Made by a program: the position numbers and the translations under genes. From Pirellulales bacterium (GTDB lineage: Bacteria; Planctomycetota; Planctomycetia; Pirellulales; JADZDJ01): a DNA stretch of 64,000 nt. Of the stretch, positions 1-9,304 are shown piece by piece. The notes under the pieces were generated by a model. The model saw only the letters and a program-made list of their open reading frames with translations. It searched no databases and had not been told where the DNA came from. Location: positions 592,071 through 656,070 of the forward strand of contig CAVTYH010000001.1 of NCBI GenBank assembly GCA_963738835.1. Direction: 5' to 3'. Numbering within the stretch: the first letter of the stretch is position 1; each line of letters starts with the position of its first letter.

Positions 1-1151
1 CCGCCCGCCGCGCCACCGACAACGGCAAATCATTTACCGCTGCCGAATTTTTCGCCGGCATCGGTCTGGTGCGATTGGCTTTGGAAAAACACAATTGGCA
101 AGTGATATTCGCCAACGATATCGATCCTGCGAAAGCAGAAATGTACCGTCATAATTGGCCCGACGATGACCATTTGGTCGTCGGCGACATCCATAAACTC
201 GAAGCCGAAGATATTCCGACTTGCGATTTATTCACCGCATCTTTCCCTTGCAACGATTTGTCGATTGCTGGCCGATGGGAAGGATTGAGCGGAAAAGAAT
301 CGTCCTCGTTTTGGGGATTCGTTCAAATTCTTCACGACATCGGCGAGCGCCGACCATCGCTTGTGCTGCTGGAAAATGTTGTCGGATTTTTAATGAGTCA
401 CGGCGGCAAAGACTTCGAGGAAGCGCTGTTGGCTCTAAACGATCTCGGCTACAACGTGGACGCATTCATTCTCAATGCCGTTCATTGGGTTCCGCAAAGC
501 AGAGCCAGGTTGTTCGTGGTGGCAACAATGGACGTTGGAAATGAACGTCACACGACAGCCGTAGAGAGCAGAGCACGGCCCGAATCATTGACCACGTTTA
601 TCAATCTTAACCAACATATCCGTTGGGATATTCGCAAACTTCCGCATCTGCCAAAGCCTACCAAACGATTGCGAGAAATTATCGACGATCTGCCGGCCAA
701 CGATCCGCATTGGTGGAATCAAAAACGCGCCGACTATTTCATGAGTCAATTCAGCAAAAAGCATGCGGCTCAGGCCGAACGGATGGTGAAACAACGAAAA
801 TACACGTATGCCACTGCATTCCGACGCGTGAGAAATGGCCGGAGCATGGCCGAACTTCGCACCGATGGAATTGCCGGCTGCCTGAGAACCCCACGTGGCG
901 GAAGTGGACGGCAAATTTTGTTGAAGGCAGGTCATGGAAAGTATCAAGTGCGGCTTTTGACGGCGAGAGAATGCGCACGGTTGCAGGGCGTTCCCGACTC
1001 GTACAAAATCGATGTGCCGCTGAATCAGGCTCTTTTTGGCTTCGGCGACGCAGTTTGTGTGCCCGCAGTAGGATGGATCGCGAGACATTATCTCAAAAGA
1101 ACAATTTCTTCACTCCAAACGTCCGATCCTGGCAATTTACTGAATTGCTAG
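1..1151 (+). CDS. DNA (cytosine-5)-methyltransferase, 5' end outside window
   Basis: ORF 69..1151 stays open in frame back to base 3 (..FTAAEFFAGIGLVRLA = motif I FxGxG), so the start lies upstream of the window. Motif IV SFPCNDLS, VI LLENVVGF, VIII QSRARLFVV, IX LTARECARLQGVPDSY, X GFGDAVCVP. Confidence 0.9.
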   Translation, partial: ARRATDNGKSFTAAEFFAGIGLVRLALEKHNWQVIFANDIDPAKAEMYRHNWPDDDHLVVGDIHKLEAEDIPTCDLFTASFPCNDLSIAGRWEGLSGKESSSFWGFVQILHDIGERRPSLVLLENVVGFLMSHGGKDFEEALLALNDLGYNVDAFILNAVHWVPQSRARLFVVATMDVGNERHTTAVESRARPESLTTFINLNQHIRWDIRKLPHLPKPTKRLREIIDDLPANDPHWWNQKRADYFMSQFSKKHAAQAERMVKQRKYTYATAFRRVRNGRSMAELRTDGIAGCLRTPRGGSGRQILLKAGHGKYQVRLLTARECARLQGVPDSYKIDVPLNQALFGFGDAVCVPAVGWIARHYLKRTISSLQTSDPGNLLNC

Positions 1152-1208
1152 AGATTCCACGGATTCTTCTTGGATTGGCCCGCTTACAGATACGAGCGGT
1201 ACCTAAAG

Positions 1209-1233
1209 TCCGTGGACTAATCGTCCGCACGGA
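1209..1233. promoter_or_regulatory. C-box-like dyad upstream of the HTH gene (candidate controller operator)
   Basis: TCCGTGGAC-TAATC-GTCCGCACGGA; core GGAC-N5-GTCC is a perfect palindrome. Lies 40-70 bp upstream of the XRE gene. Called on position and shape only. Confidence 0.25.
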
Positions 1234-1271
1234 TCAAAATCTAGCCAATGAAACGGCGGGAAGATGTAAAA

Positions 1272-1495
1272 GTGTTGTTTGGTAAGCGCAGTTCAGAGAA
1301 TTGCGCATTGACGCCGGTTTGTCACAAGAGCAGCTGGCAGACAAAGCGGAACTCGACCGCAGCTATGTCGGCAGCGTCGAACGTGGTGAACGCAATATAA
1401 GTCTCGAAAACATTTGCAAGCTTGCAACGGCGATTGGATGCCCGCCGCGCGCCTGTTGGACTTTCTTATCCAATGACTCCCCTACAGGCATTTAG
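1272..1495 (+). CDS. XRE-family HTH regulator, controller (C) protein-like; frame-shifted near N-terminus in this assembly
   Basis: HTH GLSQEQLADKAELDRSYVGSVERGERNISLENICKLATAIG. The expected N-terminus (GTG 1272, VLFGKR) is in a different frame from ..FRELRIDAGLSQ.., so one indel is implied. The ORF-track start 1301 is TTG. The 3' end overlaps the next ORF. Confidence 0.6.
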
Positions 1496-2042
1496 AAAAA
1501 AAGCTCTCCGGGGTCTGCCAGCACAAACTGGCGTCTACGCATTGTGTGACCTCGATCAAGTTCCAATCTATGTTGGGCAATCAACTGACGGAATTCGAGC
1601 AAGAGTTTTGCGACATTTAACAAGCGCTCGCAGCGATGTTATCGCAAATCGAATGGTGGATGTGTGGGAAGTCGCATTCGTTTGGTCGTGGCCTCTTAAA
1701 GACAATGCACAGATCAGCCAACTCGAACAATCGCTTTACCACAGACTAAGTCGCAAAAACCGTTTGATGAACGGTAGTGTTCCGCCGAAGATTTCGAAAC
1801 TCGGATTTTCTGAACCAGAATGCATAAAGGTCCAAGTGCTTCCCGATGAAGAAATAGCAAGTCGGATTCGGCCTGAACACCGTTTGCCACGTCAAATCGC
1901 GCAATTCAACCAGTTGATGGATTACATTCTCATCGTGAAAGATGCAGCTCACCTGCGCGAAGCACTTGAAGCGCACTTTGAACGTCTGACGAATTATTAT
2001 CGCGCCTTCACGGCGACTCAGTCTGATCCGGACGCAGACTGA
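1473..2042 (+). CDS. GIY-YIG family nuclease (candidate restriction endonuclease)
   Basis: ORF 1422..2042, likely ATG 1473 (MTPLQAF). Full GIY-YIG catalytic set: GVYALCD (GIY), IYVGQS (YIG), RARVLRH (Arg/His), LEQSLYHRL (Glu), NRLMNG (Asn). 190 aa, co-directional with and immediately after the MTase and HTH genes. Confidence 0.65.
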   Translation: MTPLQAFRKKALRGLPAQTGVYALCDLDQVPIYVGQSTDGIRARVLRHLTSARSDVIANRMVDVWEVAFVWSWPLKDNAQISQLEQSLYHRLSRKNRLMNGSVPPKISKLGFSEPECIKVQVLPDEEIASRIRPEHRLPRQIAQFNQLMDYILIVKDAAHLREALEAHFERLTNYYRAFTATQSDPDAD

Positions 2043-2356
2043 CGTAGCCAATTCGCAGGCGGAAATCGCTCCTCTGGCGTCAGATCCTTGTCTGGATCAT
2101 CATCTACCATCCATTGTTGCAACACTCGTCGTGTGTGTTCGTTATTGAAATGCCGCTGAACTGCATAATCCATGTAAGCTGTGATATGACAATCTGATTC
2201 TGGCGAGAATCCGCCGCTCCATGCGCGAAATCTTTTTTAGCGAGAACTTAGCTTTCTCGTTCATATTCTTCTCCCTTGGTATTAGGTGGTGTTTTCATCA
2301 AGTTTTCCTATTTATCAAATTCCATCTTTGCTCCCAAATTCGGTACACTGGATTGC

Positions 2357-2769
2357 ATGGCCGACACCTTCACTAAAGCCGAACGCTCTCGCATCATGGC
2401 GGCGGTGAAGTCAAAAATACTTCGCCAGAGTTGGTGGTGCGGCGGGTGGTGCATCGGTTGGGGTTTCGGTATCGGTTGCATGTGCGGCACGCTGCCGGGC
2501 TCGCCCGATTTGGTGTTTCCGCGGCAAGAAAATCATCAACATTCAGCGGCTGCTTCTGGCACATGCACGGCTGCGGGCGGTGTCGGATTCCGGCGGCCCG
2601 GCGTGGGTATTGGGCCGCCAAGCTTGCGCGGAATGCGGCCCGGGATAAGCGCAATCGACGGGCGCTGAAGCGGTCCGGCTGGAGTGTGTTGACGGTTTGG
2701 GAGTGCCAGACCAGTCGGGCAAAGATCGACAAGCTCAGTGCAAAAATCGCGGCATATTTAGCCGATTGA
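2357..2769 (+). CDS. vsr: very short patch repair endonuclease Vsr; at least 3 frame changes in this assembly
   Basis: Canonical Vsr blocks MADTFTKAERSRIMAAVKSK / NTSPELVVRRVVHRLGFRYRLH / LPGSPDLVFPR / GCFWHMHGCGRCRIPAARRGYWAAKLARNAARDKRNRRALKRSGWSVLTVWECQ alternate between the frames of ORFs 2276..2668 and 2431..2769. The first switch is at the A5 run 2413-2417 (A6 would restore SK-NTSPE). Confidence 0.8.
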
Positions 2770-2805
2770 GCAGGTCGGTGGTCGGTGAGCAGTCAACATG
2801 CTAAC

Positions 2806-2842
2806 TCTCTCACCCCGGCCTTCTTCCCGAGGAGAGGGGAGA
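2806..2842 (+). repeat. GC-rich imperfect hairpin repeat (copy 1)
   Basis: ctctcaccccggccttcttcccgaggagaggggaga. The arms tctc(a)cccc / ggggaga pair. Shares the pattern ctcaccc...tct(c/t)tcc(c)ga(a/g)gagaggg with copy 2. Confidence 0.6.
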
Positions 2843-3007
2843 TGCAAGGCGGCCGGCGAACCGCGACTGGCCTGTAATGGCCCTTGACATAGGGTACGCT
2901 AGTACACTACAATGCGGCGTGCGGCTCGCGCCTGCGCCGGATGCCTGGAGTCGAGGGCGTAGCGACGTGTTGCAGCAGTGAGTGATGGCCAGAGAAACGA
3001 GCGCCAC

Positions 3008-3059
3008 CTCACCCTACCCGCTTCGGCTTGCCCGGGACAGGCCTCTCTCCGAAGAGAGG
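3008..3059 (+). repeat. GC-rich hairpin repeat (copy 2)
   Basis: ctcaccctacccgcttcggcttgcccgggacaggcctctctccgaagagagg. Perfect 7-bp stem CCTCTCT / AGAGAGG (3042-3048 / 3053-3059) with a 4-nt loop. Confidence 0.6.
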
Positions 3060-3632
3060 GTCTTAGAATTAGTCCAGTTTTGTCAATGAGTGCGACAAAG
3101 TCGCAAGGTCGCATGGTGAATACGCTTATGTTCCATACAATCGAACGCATGACGTCGGTCAATGACAAAATTAAGAGAGTTTTGTCGTGCTCGACGAGAT
3201 CGCCGCTCGGGAAAACACGAGCGGTCGTGCAGCACTGGTGCGCAAAATGCGCGAATTTTGGCAGGAAAATGTGGGACCCCCGTGGGCACGACAAAATGTT
3301 TCCCCCGAAAATTCTCGATCCGATCATGTTTAGTCATCAAACCCGCGCCGACAAAATTGCGGAGCATGGCGGCATCTTTTCCGCTCCCGCACGGTCGCGA
3401 CTCGGGTTGATCAGTTCATTCGGTCGAACACTGGCCGGCGATTCGATTCTATCGAGTAAACAAATCTCCATGCCAGAGAACGGCAAAAACCATAGAGGCG
3501 TCGACAAAACCGAGTTTTGCGACTTTGACGACCATCGAAAATGGTTTGCTGGCGACCGCCGACAGGATTGCATGCCTTTTCGTGGCATAGATTAGCAATA
3601 GGTTCGACACTCATTCGTGAAAGGATCGACCT

Positions 3633-4235
3633 ATGAATGCCCGGGTTTGTTTCCGCGCAACCCTGACCGTTCTCGTTGCCACGACGGCCTGGGGTGCGCT
3701 TGCGGCGGACGATGGCCAAGTCGATTACTTCCCATTCAAGCAGGGTTCCAGGTGGCTCTATGACGCAAAAGTCAACGGTCGGGCAGTTTCCATGAAGATT
3801 CTGATCTCGAACATTCAATCGGGTCCAGAACGACAAGCCGCAGAGTTCGAAAGTGTGGTGAATGGCAAAGTGACAGCGACTGAATTCGTGGGCAAATCGA
3901 GCGAAGGTCCGTTCCGTCTGCGGATGAATGGAAACGACATTACACCACCTCTTCAGTTATTGCGCATCCCGGTGACGAAGGGCGATATTTGGAACACCGC
4001 AGCGAGAATCGCAGGCGAACCGATGAATGCCCATTCGTTCGTCGACGTGCAACAAGTCGTCGTACCCGCCGGAACCTTCGATGCAGTCGTTGTCACCACC
4101 GAAGCTACATCGCGCGAGGGAAAGATTGTCAACAAGCAGTGGTTTGCCCCCGGCATCGGTCCGGTCAAGCAGGAAGCGAAAATAATGGGAGTATCGATCA
4201 CCGCGGAATTGAAGCGGTACGATCCCGGCAGGTAG
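3633..4235 (+). CDS. secreted hypothetical protein
   Basis: 200-aa intact ORF with signal peptide MNARVCFRATLTVLVATTAWGALAADD. No recognisable domain. Confidence 0.6.
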   Translation: MNARVCFRATLTVLVATTAWGALAADDGQVDYFPFKQGSRWLYDAKVNGRAVSMKILISNIQSGPERQAAEFESVVNGKVTATEFVGKSSEGPFRLRMNGNDITPPLQLLRIPVTKGDIWNTAARIAGEPMNAHSFVDVQQVVVPAGTFDAVVVTTEATSREGKIVNKQWFAPGIGPVKQEAKIMGVSITAELKRYDPGR

Positions 4236-4443
4236 CAGACGGGTGGGCAATCCGCAGCACGAATACTTACCGCATAATCGTTATCTTGCCACACCGTTCA
4301 TGCAGGCGCAAGTGGCTCGCCGATGTAAAGCCGTAACGGCTACGGATGCCGGGCGGTTTAGAGGTGGTTGTGCTTTCGCGGCGAGAATGCCGACGGATCG
4401 CAAGCGTCTCGGTGCGGTGCTTTGACCCGCATATTCCGCGCGT

Positions 4444-6114
4444 ATGCAACGGAGTGTCCTCCCAGGCTTTTGGACCTCTTGCTACGAGTGCGCAGTGAGC
4501 CGTCAAATTCCTCCGTATCTGAAGTTGCGGGCCACGGAAACTGTCGACATGGTACGGCCCGATGTGGCCGACCTGTCGTGTCTCGGTGAGCTGTGCCAGG
4601 CGTTTGCCGAAGCCACCGGCTGGCCGCTGCGATACGTTCCGGAGCCCGAAGACGAATCTAGCGAAGACATCGATCTGTTGTGGTCCGCCCCGGTCAACCC
4701 GGGCGTTGGAGTTGCTCCCGGACATCTACGGATCGATTTATCGGGCTCTGCGACGGTGGAAGAGGGCAGTCGATCGGATTGGCATGCGACTGAGCGCATG
4801 GCCGGTGCGGTTGCCGAGCTGGTGAACGAGCTGGTTGCGGCCCGCCAGGCGCTGTGGCAACGTGAAGCGGAGTTGGCAGCCGGAGTTCCGGTGACGCCGC
4901 ACGCCAACGAAGAAGGGCATTTAGCGGCGCGCTTGGAAGCCACGTTGCAGGCTGGTGCGCAAGCCATCGAGTGCGATGCGGCCGCTTTGTATTTGCTCGA
5001 CGAAGCGACCAGCCAGCTGAAGCTGCGCGCCGCGTGGGGCTTGCCGCTCGATAAGTTCATGGAGTCGGCGCGGCCACTGGCCGAACAGTTGGCCGATTTG
5101 GAAGCACTGCTAGGTCATGCTATCGCACTGGAAAGCCGCGCCGACATGGTGGGCCGGTGGAAATCACCCGAACCGGCGGCGGCGGCGCTGTGCGTGCCGG
5201 TTTCTAGTCCGACGGTGCCACTCGGCACACTTTGGTTTTTCTGCCAGCGTGAACGACCGTTTACCGACGAGCAGACAAACATGGCCGAAGTGGTGGCGGG
5301 CAAAATTGCCTCCGACCTGGATCGCGCCGTGCTGATCGAACGGCAAACCTCCCAGAAAGACCTGCAAACGCAAATTTCATCCGCCCGCCGTGTTCAGGAG
5401 CATCAATTGCCCGTGACGCCGCCTCCCTTGGCCGGCTGGAACATTTCGGGCTGGGCCGAGCAAGCCGGCTCGCTGGGCGGAGCGTTTTACGATTGGCGGA
5501 TGGCCGACGAATCTTCTCTGCTGGTGATGCTTGGCGATGCTTGCGACGACGGCATTGATGCCGCCATTGCCTCATCGGCACTGCGGGCCTCTTTGCGGAT
5601 CGATGACGATGAAACTTTCGACATCGATCGGCTGGTGAGCCGCGCGAATCGCATCTTGTGGGAAAACTCGTCCGGCGCATGGTGGGCCGGACTGTGGCTG
5701 GGGCAAATTCAGCTTGACGATGGGCGATGCGATTTCTCGGCCTTTGGCCGACCCAGCGGATTGCTGCTGCGAGGCACATCGGCCCGACGCACAAAAGAGG
5801 GCGCAACCGGCTGGGCTTCCCTCATTCGGCCGACCGAACCTTTGGGGCTGGAGCCCGTCATTAAACCGGCGAAGAAAAAACTTATTCTCTCGCCGGGCGA
5901 ATCACTGGTCGTTTGCAATCGCGGCGTCATGGAAGCGTGCAACGACAAGGGACGGCCGATGGATGAAGCGATCATCGCTAGATCTTTGTTGAACAATTTG
6001 CACACGCCGCCCGAGCGGATGATTGAGATTGTACGCGACCTGCTTAAATCGCAGTCTGGCAGCGGCATACCACACGATCGCAGCATTCTGGTCGTCAAAC
6101 GGCTGCCTTCGTAG
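4444..6114 (+). CDS. GAF domain-containing PP2C/SpoIIE-family serine phosphatase
   Basis: GAF-like block AIECDAAALYLLDEATSQLKLRAAWGLP, then SpoIIE/PP2C block GGAFYDW..LLVMLGDACDDGIDAAIASSALRASLR..SILVVKR. Alternative start ATG 4549 (MVRPDVADL). Confidence 0.8.
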   Translation: MQRSVLPGFWTSCYECAVSRQIPPYLKLRATETVDMVRPDVADLSCLGELCQAFAEATGWPLRYVPEPEDESSEDIDLLWSAPVNPGVGVAPGHLRIDLSGSATVEEGSRSDWHATERMAGAVAELVNELVAARQALWQREAELAAGVPVTPHANEEGHLAARLEATLQAGAQAIECDAAALYLLDEATSQLKLRAAWGLPLDKFMESARPLAEQLADLEALLGHAIALESRADMVGRWKSPEPAAAALCVPVSSPTVPLGTLWFFCQRERPFTDEQTNMAEVVAGKIASDLDRAVLIERQTSQKDLQTQISSARRVQEHQLPVTPPPLAGWNISGWAEQAGSLGGAFYDWRMADESSLLVMLGDACDDGIDAAIASSALRASLRIDDDETFDIDRLVSRANRILWENSSGAWWAGLWLGQIQLDDGRCDFSAFGRPSGLLLRGTSARRTKEGATGWASLIRPTEPLGLEPVIKPAKKKLILSPGESLVVCNRGVMEACNDKGRPMDEAIIARSLLNNLHTPPERMIEIVRDLLKSQSGSGIPHDRSILVVKRLPS

Positions 6115-6194
6115 GTCGAGCTTCAGCCTGACCGCATTTCACAATTGGGTCGGCAGCTTCCGGTTCGTCTTACGGCCCGCAGACAACCGGCACC

Positions 6195-6222
6195 TTGACG
6201 CCGGTACCTCAGCGAATAGACT
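6195..6222 (+). promoter_or_regulatory. putative sigma70-type promoter of tRNA-Leu
   Basis: TTGACG (6195-6200) - 16 nt - TAGACT (6217-6222), about 20 nt upstream of the mature tRNA 5' end. Confidence 0.3.
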
Positions 6223-6242
6223 CCATTATTTGGTTGCTAAGC

Positions 6243-6326
6243 GCGGGAATGGCGGAATTGGCAGACGCGCCAGGTTGAGGGCCTGGTGGTAGCAATACCG
6301 TGCAGGTTCAAGTCCTGTTTCCCGCA
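6243..6326 (+). tRNA. tRNA-Leu, anticodon GAG
   Basis: Acceptor GCGGGAA / TTCCCGC plus discriminator A. Anticodon stem CCAGG/CCTGG with loop TTGAGGG (anticodon GAG). Long variable arm GGTAGCAATACC (class II). T arm GCAGG-TTCAAGT-CCTGT. No encoded CCA. Confidence 0.9.
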
Positions 6327-6337
6327 TTGAACATCGC

Positions 6338-7216
6338 ATGGATCTTATCTACCGCTACGACCCGTATCAGCCTGCCGAAGCCAAAGCGCCGGCCGACGCC
6401 GCGGCAGCGATGGAAGAGCTGCGGCGCGGCAACGATCGGTTTGTAGAAATTGTGAGGCGAATGCAAGCCCGCACGGCCGGGGCGGTATCGGGCGAACCAC
6501 TGGTGATTCCGGTGAACCCCATTTCCGTCGGATTGCCACTCGCGCCTGGCTTGGCTCCGGCGCAAGCGCCGTTCGCAGCGGTCGTGGGTTGCTCCGATGC
6601 CCGTGCGCCGGTCGAAGCAATTTTCGACTTGGCATTCAACAGCCTGTTTGTCGTCCGAGTTGCCGGCAATGTATTGGGCACTGAGTGCTTGGGAAGCGTC
6701 AATTATGCGGTGCGAAATTTTACAGGTTTGCGATTGATCGTAGCGCTGGGACATAGCGAGTGCGGAGCCATCACCGCCGCGGTTGATGCCTATTTGCAGC
6801 CCGGCGGTTACGTCGACATCGCTTTCACCTACGCACTTCGATCGTTGATCGACCGCATTCAATTTTCGGTGCGAGGCGCCGCGAGAGCATTGCACGAGGT
6901 TCATGGCGGGGCGGTGACGGCTCGTAAGGGATATCGCATCGCGTTGCGCGATCTGGCGGTCTACATTAACGCCGCCGCCACCGCTCATGATTTGAAACGC
7001 GAAATGCGAGCAGGTTCTGAATCGGAAATTGAAGTCGTGCTGGCGGTTTACGATTTGGGCACGGTTCGAGTAAAGGGTTGTCCCGCCGAATTACTGGGCG
7101 ATGCCAGCGGGTCGACGGAAATGTTCACGCCCGCGCCTTCAACCGGCGATGAGTTTGCAGCACTGACGCTGAAGTGGGCGAAATCGGCGGAAATTACGGC
7201 AGCCCTCGACCGGTGA
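6338..7216 (+). CDS. beta-class carbonic anhydrase-like protein
   Basis: Zinc-ligand contexts VVGCSDARAPVE (CxDxR) and VALGHSECGAITAAV (HxxC). Intact 292-aa ORF. Confidence 0.8.
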   Translation: MDLIYRYDPYQPAEAKAPADAAAAMEELRRGNDRFVEIVRRMQARTAGAVSGEPLVIPVNPISVGLPLAPGLAPAQAPFAAVVGCSDARAPVEAIFDLAFNSLFVVRVAGNVLGTECLGSVNYAVRNFTGLRLIVALGHSECGAITAAVDAYLQPGGYVDIAFTYALRSLIDRIQFSVRGAARALHEVHGGAVTARKGYRIALRDLAVYINAAATAHDLKREMRAGSESEIEVVLAVYDLGTVRVKGCPAELLGDASGSTEMFTPAPSTGDEFAALTLKWAKSAEITAALDR

Positions 7217-7264
7217 GCATCGCCTCTGCAATGTGGCACAGAAGGCGGACCAATTCAGGTGGTC

Positions 7265-9105
7265 TCAATCGAGCCCCAGCAGTAGACGCGAGGCCAGCAG
7301 CAGTCGTTCAGTCTCTGACAGTTGAGCCCACTCGTCGCGAACTTGTATCAGTTGATCGGGATCGGACGTGAGGATGTTGTCCACCCCGCGCTTGATCATC
7401 AAGTTCATCTGGCGGGGATCGTTCACTGTCCAAACATGAACTTCCAACCCACGCCGCTGGGCTTCGCGCAGCACGGAGTCGGTCAACCAGTCGGCTCGGA
7501 CGCTAAGCGCATCGAGGTCCAGGCGGCTGACATCTCCCAGAGCCTTGGCGATGATGAGCCCTGTTCGCACGCGCGGGTTATGTTGTTTGACCCGCTGGAG
7601 CGCGTCGTAATCGAACGACGTGACGATACAATCGGACTCAAAATTCTGCTCGCGGATTAGACGTGCCATGTCTTCAGCCAATTGCCCGTCCGGGCCATAA
7701 AGCTTGAGTTCGATGTTCAGCTTGATCCGGCCCCGGCTCAAATCAATGACCTGGGCAAGCGTGGGGACTCGCTCGCTGGCAAACGACGCGTCAAACCAAC
7801 TGCCGACATCGAGCTTTCGGACCTCATCGTAAGCCATTTCATCCAGTCTTTGCGGGACGCCGGCCACGCGTTTCAAATCGCTGTCGTGCAGCAGGACGAT
7901 CACACCATCTCGCGTTAACTGCACATCCACCTCGGCAAAATCAGCTCCACTTTCGATGGCCTTGCGAATGGCACTGAGCGTATTCTCCGGTGCGGCACGA
8001 GCATGGCCCCGGTGTGCGGTCACTTGCACAGACGGCTTGGTCGGCAGGTGCCGCGACAATTCTGCCCAGAGAACGAGTGGTGGCAGCAAAACGATCGGAA
8101 CGGCGAGATACACGAGACGCCGCGTCCACGGCGAGGTTGACTGTTCGGTTGGTAAGAACGCCGGCAATTCCTCGTTGCCTATGACGCCGAGCTGTTCGCT
8201 CCGGATGAGGTATATTCGACGCGTAATGAGAGCCTGCCCAACTGCTGTGATGAAGGACCAAGCTGCGATCAAACACCCCTGTACAACCAGCAGGAGAACG
8301 GTCAAAGCGACCGGGTGCTCTTTGAATTTTTCGAGAACCGTCGAGGAAAAAAACAGGAAACCAGCTTTTAGTGCCCCGCCGAGCAGCAGGGCGCCGAGAA
8401 GCCAGCCGATCAAGAAGAAGCACACGAGCCAACCCACTCCGCGCACTCGCTCGTGGCTAGCGCAGTGCGGTAAATGCCGATCCTTTTTCAAAGAGGGCAA
8501 TGGGCAAGGCAAAGGCCCATCGAACATAAAGCCATATGCCGGTGCTAAGGGCGGCTAGCAGGAGAACAAAACCTATGCCTGCCGCGAGCCAGAAGGCCGG
8601 CGGTCGATCTTTCAAATAGAAATAGATGTCGTGTTGCGACAGGATGACGCTGTATGCCAGAACCGCCAGCAGGACGAACGGAAGCAACGTCAAAGCCAAC
8701 AGCGCCACTTTGAGTGCGCCTAGTTGGGTGACTGCGCAACATCTTGAGGAAGATCGTGCGTGGCGTCTGCTTGATTGTTGGATGCTCGACAGAGTTTGTC
8801 AGAGCAACGATTACCATGATGCCGGCTTGCTCGATGAGCAGCAAAGCCGCCGCGACCGTGCTAAAGATCGCGGCATAGAGCAGGCCGAGTGGCGAGAGGA
8901 AAAACTCCAAGATATCGCCATTACTTATCGCGACGTGCCCTGCCCGAGACAGGATGGCCGATAGGACCACGGCAGCGGCTGGGACAAACAGCCAACCTTC
9001 AAGGAGTTTGAACAGGACCTCAAAGATCACGAGGGCCCTCCAATCACGACGAAAGTCGTGCCACACGGACTTGGCTAATGCAAAGACGGAGAGCGACTCG
9101 TTCAT
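7265..9105 (-). CDS. membrane-anchored glycerophosphodiester phosphodiesterase; 2 frame changes in this assembly
   Basis: C-terminal GDPD domain VTAHRGHARAAPENTLSAIRKAIESGADFAEVDVQLTRDGVIVLLHD. N-terminal multi-TM domain from MNESLSVFALAKSVWHDF (start 9105). Pieces lie in ORFs 8545..9294, 8457..8708 and 7265..8527. Confidence 0.8.
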
Positions 9106-9304
9106 GGCAGATCGTGCGCCTAGCAAATCGTTGATGGTCTCAAAGGAAGCGTGCTTGAGTAATCGGTTCGATAAAACGCATCGGCTCAATTCGTCAACTG
9201 ATACTCCACGCCCAGTAGGTTCTGAGGCACGCGAGATTTGTTGCGACCCGCTGTTCGCTCCTAGCCCAGGTGCTAGCCAATGCTTGTCACCCATTCTGCA
9301 TCAC

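Noticed and set aside
2357-2769. Calling vsr (and about 24 other split genes) true pseudogenes, implying a decaying R-M island and EPS locus
   Set aside because: The same kind of break affects essential ftsH and rseP. The traced breaks lie in homopolymer or CG runs, so sequencing or assembly error is the more economical explanation. See the finding on frame breaks.
2978-3595. 205-aa plus-strand ORF (and the overlapping minus-strand ORFs 2899..3327, 3083..3367, 3337..3588) as protein-coding genes
   Set aside because: The translations lack any domain-like pattern and are rich in Arg/Ser/Cys. They run straight through the hairpin repeats and the CGACAAAA/TTTTGTC dyads. I treat the stretch as non-coding.
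6243-6326. tRNA-Leu as the integration site of a genomic island carrying the R-M genes
   Set aside because: There is no integrase or recombinase in the window, and I noticed no direct repeat of the tRNA 3' end nearby. The R-M genes lie 3.5 kb on the 5' side with ordinary genes in between.
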